The notes beneath the pieces are model-generated. The model did no database searches and was not told the DNA's origin. It was given only the letters and a program-made list of their open reading frames with translations. DNA of 64,000 nt from Bdellovibrionales bacterium (GTDB taxonomy: Bacteria; Bdellovibrionota; Bdellovibrionia; Bdellovibrionales; UBA1609). The position numbers and the translations under genes are program-made. Location: positions 224,540 through 288,539 of the forward strand of contig OZ241911.1 of the NCBI GenBank assembly GCA_965203785.1, written 5' to 3'. Each line of letters opens with the position of its first letter. Position 1 is the stretch's first letter. Positions 9,061-17,395 of the stretch are shown here, in pieces.

Positions 9061-9125
9061 CGTTTTTCTTTATAAAAAATGCCTACAAACACAAAAAGCC
9101 TAAAACCATAAAATACTTAAAAAAA

Positions 9126-9833
9126 TTAAAAATTCACTCTATCCACTTCTTTAAGGCAGGTCAACTTTTTGTCAGCAGATTGAACAGATTGAATAGATTG
9201 AATAGATTGAATAACAACTTTAGAAAGACTTTGATTAAAACGAATGTTCGAAAACTCGTATTCCTCGTAATTGGAATCCTTCCACTGCAAAAAAGCCTTT
9301 AAAATCACAGACTTTTCTGTCTTTAATAATAAAGATTTCACCATAAGATTAGAGTGCGTGGGTTGAAATCGATTGATACGCGTTCGCCCTTTGATATGAG
9401 AAGATACAAAACGAAATAACTTAGAAAAATGATCGGGTTCAAAAAGCACTAAAATTAAATTGCTATTTTTAGCATTCGCTAAAGAATGAGATGTCGAAGA
9501 CAAAGGAGATGGATATTTAACCACATGACTTACTCCCTTACCATTTATGGGGCAAGTCACATGCCAAAGAAATTTTTGAGTCAATAATAAGCGACTACGG
9601 AGAGGTTGAGATATTTTGAGTTCTAAAAAATCAGGAGCTAAGATTATTTTTCCGTAAAAAGTCCGATTTTTTTTTAACAAAGCCAAGTGAGTCGTTTTTT
9701 TTAAATTCATTTTCACCGGTTTATGATTTTTATAATAACTGATAACTTTTTGAATAGAAAATGCCGAGGAGTTTTTTGGTTGAGCGATTAAATGAACATG
9801 AAATAAAATAACTGCTAACAATAAAAAATTCAT
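9126..9833 (-). CDS. Secreted protein, possibly LolA-like lipoprotein carrier
   Basis: Signal peptide MNFLLLAVILFHVHLIAQP. There is loose similarity to the LolA pattern (G.l.......le...P....l......lW). This is a low-confidence functional call. Confidence 0.4.
   Translation of the reverse strand: MNFLLLAVILFHVHLIAQPKNSSAFSIQKVISYYKNHKPVKMNLKKTTHLALLKKNRTFYGKIILAPDFLELKISQPLRSRLLLTQKFLWHVTCPINGKGVSHVVKYPSPLSSTSHSLANAKNSNLILVLFEPDHFSKLFRFVSSHIKGRTRINRFQPTHSNLMVKSLLLKTEKSVILKAFLQWKDSNYEEYEFSNIRFNQSLSKVVIQSIQSIQSVQSADKKLTCLKEVDRVNF
9176..9211. repeat. Four tandem copies of a 9-bp unit (YAGATTGAA), in frame within the 3' end of the CDS at 9126..9833
   Basis: Read directly: cagattgaa cagattgaa tagattgaa tagattgaa. 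It encodes IQSIQSIQSVQS. Confidence 0.9.
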
Positions 9834-10612
9834 AAAAATTCTACCTGATTGACTGTTCTTTTTAGAGAAGAAACCATATTATGACTCAAATGAGAAGTAT
9901 TTTTTTGTCTCCAAGCTAAAGTAAAAATTTTAAAACGACAAAATGGACTTAAAACTTTATGAGCTGCACAAGCGGTCGAACCCGTAGTCAATATATCGTC
10001 TATAAAAATGACTTCTTCAATAGAACGAGGCAATAACTTTTTGAGTTGAAAATTAATATTTTTTCGATGGGTTTTATCTTTAGTTTTTTGTTCCGACCAT
10101 GTGGAAGGAGTAGAAGATAAATCTGTTTGAATAGAAGATTTTATCGAATTTTGACTCAATGGATGATCTACTGATAAGGCTGGATAAGAGGGAATTTGAG
10201 ATAATTCTGACAAAGCCAATGATAAACAAACCGCATGGTCTTTTAAAGAAGGCACTTTAGGAGGGGCGGGAACAATCACTTTTTTGGAAGATGAAAAAAA
10301 ATTTTTAAACGACATTGTTCGCATAGCTCGATTAAAAAAATCTTCCATAATTTCTCGAAAAATAAAACTTGGTCCCCCTCTTTTTAAACTGCTTAAAAAA
10401 ACTTTTAAAAATAAATTATTCTTTTGATTCCAATCTATTAAACGTAAATGAATCAATCCATTTTGACACCGAATCATATCGTCTGGTGGTAAGTAACATT
10501 TTTTTAAAATTTGTCGACAACTGGGACATAACCAATTGAGTGGAGGAACACTAATATGACAAACAGAACATCCTCTCAACCAAAAAGAGATTTTTTGAGA
10601 CCACTTGTACAC
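9830..10612 (-). CDS. comF: ComF-family protein (phosphoribosyltransferase domain plus N-terminal zinc finger)
   Basis: CSVCH...CPSC zinc-finger pattern and the PRTase motif VIFIDDILTTGST. Confidence 0.7.
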   Translation of the reverse strand: MYKWSQKISFWLRGCSVCHISVPPLNWLCPSCRQILKKCYLPPDDMIRCQNGLIHLRLIDWNQKNNLFLKVFLSSLKRGGPSFIFREIMEDFFNRAMRTMSFKNFFSSSKKVIVPAPPKVPSLKDHAVCLSLALSELSQIPSYPALSVDHPLSQNSIKSSIQTDLSSTPSTWSEQKTKDKTHRKNINFQLKKLLPRSIEEVIFIDDILTTGSTACAAHKVLSPFCRFKIFTLAWRQKNTSHLSHNMVSSLKRTVNQVEFL

Positions 10613-10668
10613 ATTAAAACCAGAAGCAAAAACCTGACCAATTTTTGGAAAAAAAATTTTAAGATTTT

Positions 10669-11679
10669 TTAAGAAAAAGAACTAAATTGGTCTTTTTTCC
10701 ATGCATTTTCTAACTGATAATACTCTCTAGTATAGTGATAAAAAATATGGACCATCAAATCTCCATAATCAATGACAATCCATTGTCCATTTTTTCTACC
10801 CTCCATAACAGAAGGTTTAGAAAATTGTTTTTTAACTGCTTGAAGCAAAAAATCGGCCATTATTTTTGTATGCCGAGTATTTTGCCCAGAAACCACTAAA
10901 GCATACAAACATGGAAAATGATTTCTCTTTCTGAAATCAAAGACCTGAATATCTTGAGCTTTTTTTTTCTGTAAAGTTTGAACACAAAAATTGATCCATT
11001 TTAAATCTAATAAAGGAGGCGGATCTAATTTTTGATACCAACCATGTTTTACAATCCACTGATTAACTAAAGCCGGCACCAAATTTTGAACTGATTGATT
11101 ATGGGCAATTCGCCTTCGAATTTCAGAAGAAGAAATATCTAAATCTTTCACAAAAGCTCTATAAATCACCCGACCAGTTGTCAACACAACTTTTGAAGAA
11201 TCCAAATGTTTAATTTTTGTTCGCAATTTTTTTGGAAATAAATCCATGGTCCATTTTAACCCTTTTCTGGAACAAACAATAAGATGAGTAATCTCAATAA
11301 TTTTTTCAAAATCTTTCCATTGGTTAAATTGTTGGAGTTGGTCTTTTCCTATAATTAAAAAAATTTTTGAAAATTTTAATTGAATGTTTTGGAGAGTCTC
11401 TATTGTATAACTTAAGTTTCCTCTTTGGATTTCTTGATCGTCAACTTCTAAAAAAGAATAAGGTTTAAGAGTTTTTTTTACAATCTCCAATCGGTGGAGA
11501 GCTGAAACAACCGGTGGATGAGGTTTTAATGGATTATGATAAGCTGGAATAATTTTAATTTTATCTAAAAAAAAATCTTTTTGCACCTGAACCATTAAAC
11601 GAATATGCCCAAGGTGCAAGGGATCAAAAGAAGATCCAAATACCCCAATGGATCTAGGTTTAATTTTGCAGTGAATCAA
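10669..11679 (-). CDS. nadD: Fused nicotinate-nucleotide adenylyltransferase (NadD) and ribosomal silencing factor (RsfS)
   Basis: Single 336 aa ORF. The N-terminal part carries GVFGSSFDPLHLGH (the (H/T)xGH motif) and ISSSEIR. The C-terminal part, about 115 aa (DIQVFDF...ALVVSGQNTRH...WIVIDYGDLMVHIF), is RsfS/iojap-like. No stop codon lies between the two parts. Confidence 0.75.
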   Translation of the reverse strand: MIHCKIKPRSIGVFGSSFDPLHLGHIRLMVQVQKDFFLDKIKIIPAYHNPLKPHPPVVSALHRLEIVKKTLKPYSFLEVDDQEIQRGNLSYTIETLQNIQLKFSKIFLIIGKDQLQQFNQWKDFEKIIEITHLIVCSRKGLKWTMDLFPKKLRTKIKHLDSSKVVLTTGRVIYRAFVKDLDISSSEIRRRIAHNQSVQNLVPALVNQWIVKHGWYQKLDPPPLLDLKWINFCVQTLQKKKAQDIQVFDFRKRNHFPCLYALVVSGQNTRHTKIMADFLLQAVKKQFSKPSVMEGRKNGQWIVIDYGDLMVHIFYHYTREYYQLENAWKKDQFSSFS

Positions 11680-12647
11680 TTATTTACTCCATGTAAGGAG
11701 TCTTTTAAAATTTGAATTTGTTGCATGATTTGTTTTATTTCTTCTGCACTTTGTTTAAAAAAAGATAAACACGGAATGTGTTTTTTTTTTAACTGATTAG
11801 TCATCTTAAGTAAATGTGAACTCGAACAACCTCCCGTCAGAATAACTAAATGCGGTTTAGTCGCTAAATGAGTACGATGAAGGTTATCATATTTTTTTAA
11901 AATATTTTTTAAATCCCGATAAGTTTCTAGCAAATTTTGAAATTCCACTGATAAAATAAAAAAAATTATTTCTGAATACTCCACTTGTTTAAGGATTTTT
12001 TGATTATTTAAATGAAGACCCGGCAAGTCTACAAATGTAATTGGATTAAAAAAATATTCTTTTGGTTTTAAACAATAGAGACGAGGAGAATGATATTTTA
12101 ATTTTTTTTGTTGTCCGATTAAACGGAACAAAAAAGAAGTCTTTCCACTGCATGGAGGTCCAATTAAAGCGATCGTGCTTTTCCATTTCATTTCTAATAA
12201 AAGATATTTTTGCTTAGATTTTTGACCCGATTGATATTGATTGGGAGCTTGCCGAAAAGAAGTTTTAAAAAAAACATTCCCTTTACCACCTTTACCTCCA
12301 GTCAACACTTGCCAATCTTGATCGTAAAGAGTTTTTAGCAGATCTCCTTTTAAATTATAACAAAAAGTATGATTGGGAACTGGAAGAAGTAGATCTTTCC
12401 CTTTAGCTCCTTTTTTATTGCTCCCACGCCCCGGCTCACCATCTTCTGCTCGATAAACCTTTTTTTTTAACAAATGAGATAAATTATTAACCGAAGATCG
12501 AGGAGATAAAATCACACAACCTCCATCTCCCCCATCTCCTCCATCTGGACCAGATCTGGGAGAATTTCGAGTTCGTTGAAAATGAACTGCTCCTCTCCCC
12601 CCACAACCAGAAATAAGATGAACTCGAATGCAATCTACAAAAGACAT
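11676..12647 (-). CDS. obg: Obg-family GTPase with a divergent G domain
   Basis: The glycine-rich Obg fold reads GCGGRGAVHF...GPDGGDGGDGG...GGKGGKGN. G1 (GPPCSGKT) and G3 (DLPG) are present. The G2 and G4 (NKxD) motifs are not recognisable. It sits in the conserved rplU-rpmA-obg-nadD context. Confidence 0.8.
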   Translation of the reverse strand: MSFVDCIRVHLISGCGGRGAVHFQRTRNSPRSGPDGGDGGDGGCVILSPRSSVNNLSHLLKKKVYRAEDGEPGRGSNKKGAKGKDLLLPVPNHTFCYNLKGDLLKTLYDQDWQVLTGGKGGKGNVFFKTSFRQAPNQYQSGQKSKQKYLLLEMKWKSTIALIGPPCSGKTSFLFRLIGQQKKLKYHSPRLYCLKPKEYFFNPITFVDLPGLHLNNQKILKQVEYSEIIFFILSVEFQNLLETYRDLKNILKKYDNLHRTHLATKPHLVILTGGCSSSHLLKMTNQLKKKHIPCLSFFKQSAEEIKQIMQQIQILKDSLHGVNN

Positions 12648-12658
12648 TTTAGATGAAA

Positions 12659-12913
12659 TTAAGAGGGACGGACATTAACTTTATAGCTCTGTTTTCCAAA
12701 TCGAACAAATTGAACACAGCCATTTAAGCGAGAATAAATAGTAAAATCTCTACCCATCGAAACCCCAAAACCTGGCCAAAAACGCGTTCCCCTCTGTCGA
12801 ATAATAATTGCCCCCGGTTGCACCACCTGACCACCAAATTGCTTAACCCCTAAGCGTTTACTTTGGGAATCTCTTCCATTTTTTGTACTGCCAGAAGCTT
12901 TCTTAGATGCCAT
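12659..12913 (-). CDS. rpmA: 50S ribosomal protein L27
   Basis: [24 protein letters not shown]...; 84 aa. Confidence 0.95.
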   Translation of the reverse strand: MASKKASGSTKNGRDSQSKRLGVKQFGGQVVQPGAIIIRQRGTRFWPGFGVSMGRDFTIYSRLNGCVQFVRFGKQSYKVNVRPS

Positions 12914-13387
12914 TTATTGAGCCTTTTTTAGGTCTTTTTTTGTACCTTCTTTTAGAGGGTTTAAGTTTTTTTTAATTAAATTTTTTTTAATTGGGTCTTT
13001 CTTAGCTATATCTTTCTCAGCTGAAAGAATTGTTTTTGCCTTTTTTATTTTTTTTGCTCTTTCTATTTTCCCAGTGGGAGTGGCAATCAATTCAATAAAT
13101 AATTCTGTAAAAGAATGCCGATGCCCCTTTGTTTTACGATAACCTTTTCTCCGATTTTTTTTAAAAATTACGACTTTTTTATTCTTTCCATGACGAACAA
13201 CTAATCCTTTAACCAAACTTTTTTCAATAAAGGGCTTACCCACCTGAAAAAGCGTTTCACTATCTTGAAGAGCTAATACCTGGCTTTGCCATTTTTTACC
13301 CACTTCTAAATCGAGTAAATCCACCCGAATAAACTGACCCGGCTTTACTCGATAGTGCTTCCCTCCACTTTGAACAATCGCAAACAT
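12914..13387 (-). CDS. rplU: 50S ribosomal protein L21 with a lysine-rich C-terminal extension
   Basis: The N-terminus is MFAIVQSGGKHYRVKPGQ. About 55 extra K-rich residues follow the conserved core. Confidence 0.9.
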   Translation of the reverse strand: MFAIVQSGGKHYRVKPGQFIRVDLLDLEVGKKWQSQVLALQDSETLFQVGKPFIEKSLVKGLVVRHGKNKKVVIFKKNRRKGYRKTKGHRHSFTELFIELIATPTGKIERAKKIKKAKTILSAEKDIAKKDPIKKNLIKKNLNPLKEGTKKDLKKAQ

Positions 13388-13509
13388 ATTAAAAAACCTC
13401 TCCTTTTAAAAAAAATTAACACTTTTTGTGTTATTTAATTGTTGTCACTCGTGTTGTTAATTGCTGTCGTTTTTGTTAGTTGCTGTTAATCGCCTTATTT
13501 GAAACATTT

Positions 13510-13538
13510 AAACTATTAAACGAATGGATTTTTGTCAA
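13510..13538 (-). promoter_or_regulatory. Putative sigma70-type promoter for the rplU-rpmA-obg operon
   Basis: The minus strand reads TTGACA (13538-13533), a 17-nt spacer, then TAGTTT (13515-13510). This would give a leader of about 115 nt. Confidence 0.4.
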
Positions 13539-13574
13539 ACCTATTTTAATAGTTTTTTGCTTAGAAATTTAAGA

Positions 13575-14852
13575 TCATTTGTGGATTTTCACATAAGATC
13601 GACCATGGCAGTGAGGACATGGCTCACAAATGGTTTCTATTAAAGAGGGTCTTTTCCTTTTTCGAGTCATTTGCACAACTCCCAGCTCTGACATGGGTAA
13701 CACATAAGTATAAGAGCGATCTTTTTTGAGTTCTTTTAACAAAATATTGACTACATTTTCACAAAACTCGTGCTGCTTCATATCGATAAAATCAATTAAA
13801 ATAATTCCTCCACAGTTTCTAAGTCTCAATTGCCGGGCGATCTCATGAGCTGCTTCTAAATTAGTTTTTAAAAGATATCGCTCAATATTTTTACCCCTAG
13901 ACTTTCCTGTATTAACATCTATAATTATTCCTCCAGAAGTTTCCTCAATAATCAAAAACCCCCCCGATTTTAATCTCACTTTTTTTTCTAATAAACTCGC
14001 TAAATATTTTTCTAAATAATAAACAGAAAACAAATCGGTATCTTCATACAATTTAATTTTTCCCTTAAATTCCGGAATTTGAGAGGAAAGAAATTTTTTA
14101 ACATTTTTAAAAAGCTCTCCACTATCCACTCCAACTTCTATTGTCTCTTTGGTCAAAAAATCTCTTATTACTTGATGTTGCAAGCATTCATCTTCCCATA
14201 TCATGCCTTCGGTATTTTGTTTATTATAAACTGATTGAATATCTTTCCACTGATTTTTTAATTTTTTAAGTTCTTTTTTTAAAACTTCCTGCTTAACTTC
14301 TGCTCCCAGAGTTCGAATAATAAAAGAATCCTCCCCACTCCACTGCTTAACTATTTCCTTTAATTTTTCTCTTTTAGATAATTCAGCGACTTGACGAGAT
14401 ACCCCTACATAAGATGAAGTAGTTGGTAAATAAACTAAGTACCGACCGGGTAAGCTAATACGAGTGGTGACTCTTGGATTTTTTCCTCCTAAACGATCTT
14501 TGCAAACTTGAACCATCTGTTTTTGTCCCTCCTCAATTAAAAGAGTTGGATTTTCTCTAACTGGTTTTTCATAGAGAAAAGCACACTGCTCTTCTCCAAG
14601 GTCCATAAAATACGCTCCTAAACCAACATGTTTTTTAATCACTCTTGCTCTATAAATAGAACCTACCAAAGATGGTCGATCTAAGTTTTCAACAAACAAA
14701 TCACTTAACTGAAAGACATCTTGTTTTTTATAACTTGGAGGTAGTCTATTTTTTTTCCAAGATGGATAATTTTTTTGATTCAATAAAGCCGTAAATACTT
14801 GATTGTTTCTTTGACTAATTAAAATAATAGTTTTAGAAAAATTTTTTACCAC
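13575..14852 (-). CDS. rng: Ribonuclease G (RNase E/G family)
   Basis: 425 aa with an S1-like N-terminal region, the catalytic motif GGIILIDFIDM and a C-terminal CPHCHG zinc link. Confidence 0.8.
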   Translation of the reverse strand: MVKNFSKTIILISQRNNQVFTALLNQKNYPSWKKNRLPPSYKKQDVFQLSDLFVENLDRPSLVGSIYRARVIKKHVGLGAYFMDLGEEQCAFLYEKPVRENPTLLIEEGQKQMVQVCKDRLGGKNPRVTTRISLPGRYLVYLPTTSSYVGVSRQVAELSKREKLKEIVKQWSGEDSFIIRTLGAEVKQEVLKKELKKLKNQWKDIQSVYNKQNTEGMIWEDECLQHQVIRDFLTKETIEVGVDSGELFKNVKKFLSSQIPEFKGKIKLYEDTDLFSVYYLEKYLASLLEKKVRLKSGGFLIIEETSGGIIIDVNTGKSRGKNIERYLLKTNLEAAHEIARQLRLRNCGGIILIDFIDMKQHEFCENVVNILLKELKKDRSYTYVLPMSELGVVQMTRKRKRPSLIETICEPCPHCHGRSYVKIHK

Positions 14853-14864
14853 GGTTGTTTTCTT

Positions 14865-17273
14865 TTAAGAAGCTATGGAAACTTCTGGTTTGTTTTTTAA
14901 ACGAATAGGATGTGTTGCTTGTAAAGCCATTGCAAATACTTGTTCTAAATTTTCCACATAGAGAAAGCGAATTTTTTCTCTTAATTCTTTTAAAGTACAA
15001 TCTTTATTGTCGTTAGTTTCAATATCTGATTTATTTTTTAAAGGTAAAATCACATTAAAAATTCCATGATTTAAAGCTGCTAAAGCTTTTTCTTTGATAC
15101 CTCCGACTGGTAAGACTTGCCCTTGAAGACCAATTTCCCCCGTCATAGCAATGTCTTTTCTGACTGGAGTTTGTGTAATTAAGCTGACCAATGCAGTTGC
15201 CAATGTCACTCCTGCAGAAGGACCATCTTTAGGAGTAGCCCCAGCTGGCAGATGAACATGAATTTCGTTTTTTCTAAACCACTGATTGGAAATACCAATT
15301 GTTTCCGCATACATTCGAATATAAGAATAAGCGGCTTTCGCAGATTCTTCCATAATTTTTCCAAGCTGACCAGTTAAAATAATCCCTCGGTTATTATGAG
15401 AATTACTAATTCGAATGGCTTCCACATATAAAATTTCTCCACCCACTTGAGTCCAAGCAAGCCCTGTACTCACACCAATTTTATTTTCTTTTAAACGGTC
15501 TTCTCTTAAATATTTAGCTGGACCCAACAACTCGGTGATTTTTTTTGGTGTCATAACTACTTGGGCGGGTTTACCTAACACAATTTTTTTAGCGACTTTT
15601 CGACATAAAGATCCAATTTCTCTGTTTAAATTTCTAAGACCTGCTTCCTTAGTATAAGAAGAAATTAAATAGTTAATGCCCATTTCACTAAAAGTAATAT
15701 GACCTTTATTGATCCCATGATTGATCAATTGTTTTTCGATAATATATTTCTTTACAATTTGTGTTTTTTCCTTAGGAGTGTAACCAGAAATATAAATAAT
15801 TTCCATACGATCTTTTAAAGCATGTGGAATACTATCTAATGTATTAGCTGTGGCAATAAACATCACTTGACTGAGATCAAAATTTAAATTGAGGTAGTGA
15901 TCTTTAAAAGAACAATTTTGCTCGGGATCTAATACTTCCAATAAAGCCGAGCTGGGATCTCCCCTAAAGTCTGCACCCAATTTATCGACTTCGTCTAAAA
16001 CTAAAATGGGATTATTTGATTTCACCTGTTTGAGAGCTTGAATAATTTTACCCGGCATAGCTCCCACATAAGTCCGACGGTGACCTTTGATTTCTGCTTC
16101 ATCCTTAACTCCTCCCAGTGCAATCCGAGCATATTTTCTACACATAGCTTCTGCAATACTCTTTCCTAAAGAAGTTTTTCCAACCCCTGGAGGTCCAATA
16201 AAACATAAAATGGGACCTTTCATTCGGTTGCCTTTTTTTAATTTTCTAACTGCTAAAAATTCTAATATTCTTTCTTTAACATCCTCTAAACTAAAATGAT
16301 CTTTATCTAAAATGGATTGAGCTCTTTTTAAATCTAAGTTATCCATTGTGTTTCGATTCCATGGCAATTCCACCACCCAATCTAAATAACCTCGAATCAT
16401 AGATGCTTCACTGCTCTCTGGATGCATTTTTTCTAAGCGCGAAATATGCTTGAAAATCTCCCGCTCGGCTACCTTAGGTAGTTCTGCCGATTTCACTTTT
16501 TTAACCAAATCTCTTATCTCTTCTCCACGAGAATCCGGAGTTCCCGAATAAGAAGAAATCGGAGACGATGAAGAATTTAAATTCGAAGTGGTTGGAAATT
16601 TAGATAAATTATTTTTAACAATATTTTTAATTCGATTCTGCATGCGTAAAATTTCTAATTCTTTAGTTAAGATTCGATCCATTTTTTGTAATCTTTCTTC
16701 CGGATCAGAAGTTTCTAAAATATTTTGCATTTCATGAACTTTGAGTTCAAAATGCCCCGCAATTAAATCGGCTAATTTCCCCGGCACATTTACTTCGTCT
16801 AATATCATCAGTAACTCTGGAGAAGACTGCCCACCTAAAGCAGTTAAAGTTTTTAAAGTATCTTTAATATGTTCTATCAGTTGCCTAGCTTGTCGAGAAA
16901 CACTTTTGCTTTCTAAATCTGGAATCTCTTTAATCTGAACACTGTGGTAGCCATCTTTTAGTTGACAGTGCGAACTATAGGCTCGAGATAAACCTTGAAT
17001 TAAAACTTTCATTCGTCCATCTTTTAATTTTCTCATTCGAAGGATCATAGCAGCTGTTCCCACTTCAAAAAATGAATACTTAGATATTTCTTCGCTTTCT
17101 GGATGTTTTTGTGTAGACACAAATACAATTCGATTATTATTTAAAGCTTTCTCGATTGCTCTTTTTGAAATATCTCTTCCAATGTATAAAGAAATAAGCA
17201 TATAAGGAAACACCACAGCATCTTTAAGAGGAAGTAAAGGTAGCTCGGGAGGAATAGGTATTTTATGATTCAT
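14865..17273 (-). CDS. lon: ATP-dependent Lon protease
   Basis: 802 aa with the Walker A motif GPPGVGKTS and the protease motif PKDGPSAGVT. Confidence 0.95.
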   Translation of the reverse strand: MNHKIPIPPELPLLPLKDAVVFPYMLISLYIGRDISKRAIEKALNNNRIVFVSTQKHPESEEISKYSFFEVGTAAMILRMRKLKDGRMKVLIQGLSRAYSSHCQLKDGYHSVQIKEIPDLESKSVSRQARQLIEHIKDTLKTLTALGGQSSPELLMILDEVNVPGKLADLIAGHFELKVHEMQNILETSDPEERLQKMDRILTKELEILRMQNRIKNIVKNNLSKFPTTSNLNSSSSPISSYSGTPDSRGEEIRDLVKKVKSAELPKVAEREIFKHISRLEKMHPESSEASMIRGYLDWVVELPWNRNTMDNLDLKRAQSILDKDHFSLEDVKERILEFLAVRKLKKGNRMKGPILCFIGPPGVGKTSLGKSIAEAMCRKYARIALGGVKDEAEIKGHRRTYVGAMPGKIIQALKQVKSNNPILVLDEVDKLGADFRGDPSSALLEVLDPEQNCSFKDHYLNLNFDLSQVMFIATANTLDSIPHALKDRMEIIYISGYTPKEKTQIVKKYIIEKQLINHGINKGHITFSEMGINYLISSYTKEAGLRNLNREIGSLCRKVAKKIVLGKPAQVVMTPKKITELLGPAKYLREDRLKENKIGVSTGLAWTQVGGEILYVEAIRISNSHNNRGIILTGQLGKIMEESAKAAYSYIRMYAETIGISNQWFRKNEIHVHLPAGATPKDGPSAGVTLATALVSLITQTPVRKDIAMTGEIGLQGQVLPVGGIKEKALAALNHGIFNVILPLKNKSDIETNDNKDCTLKELREKIRFLYVENLEQVFAMALQATHPIRLKNKPEVSIAS

Positions 17274-17395
17274 AATAGTCCTTAAAGTTATTTTTTAAAC
17301 ATTTAACTTGTTTATCGGATAAATTAAAAAAGGCTTTAATCAAATAACCATTAAACACAAAAAATATAATCAGAAGTCTGGATTTGAATGCTCAA

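Noticed and set aside
3457-9211. Short tandem repeats (CTTT microsatellite, 9-bp repeat) as possible CRISPR arrays
   Set aside because: The units are 4 and 9 bp with no spacers, and no cas genes are present. They are simple sequence repeats.
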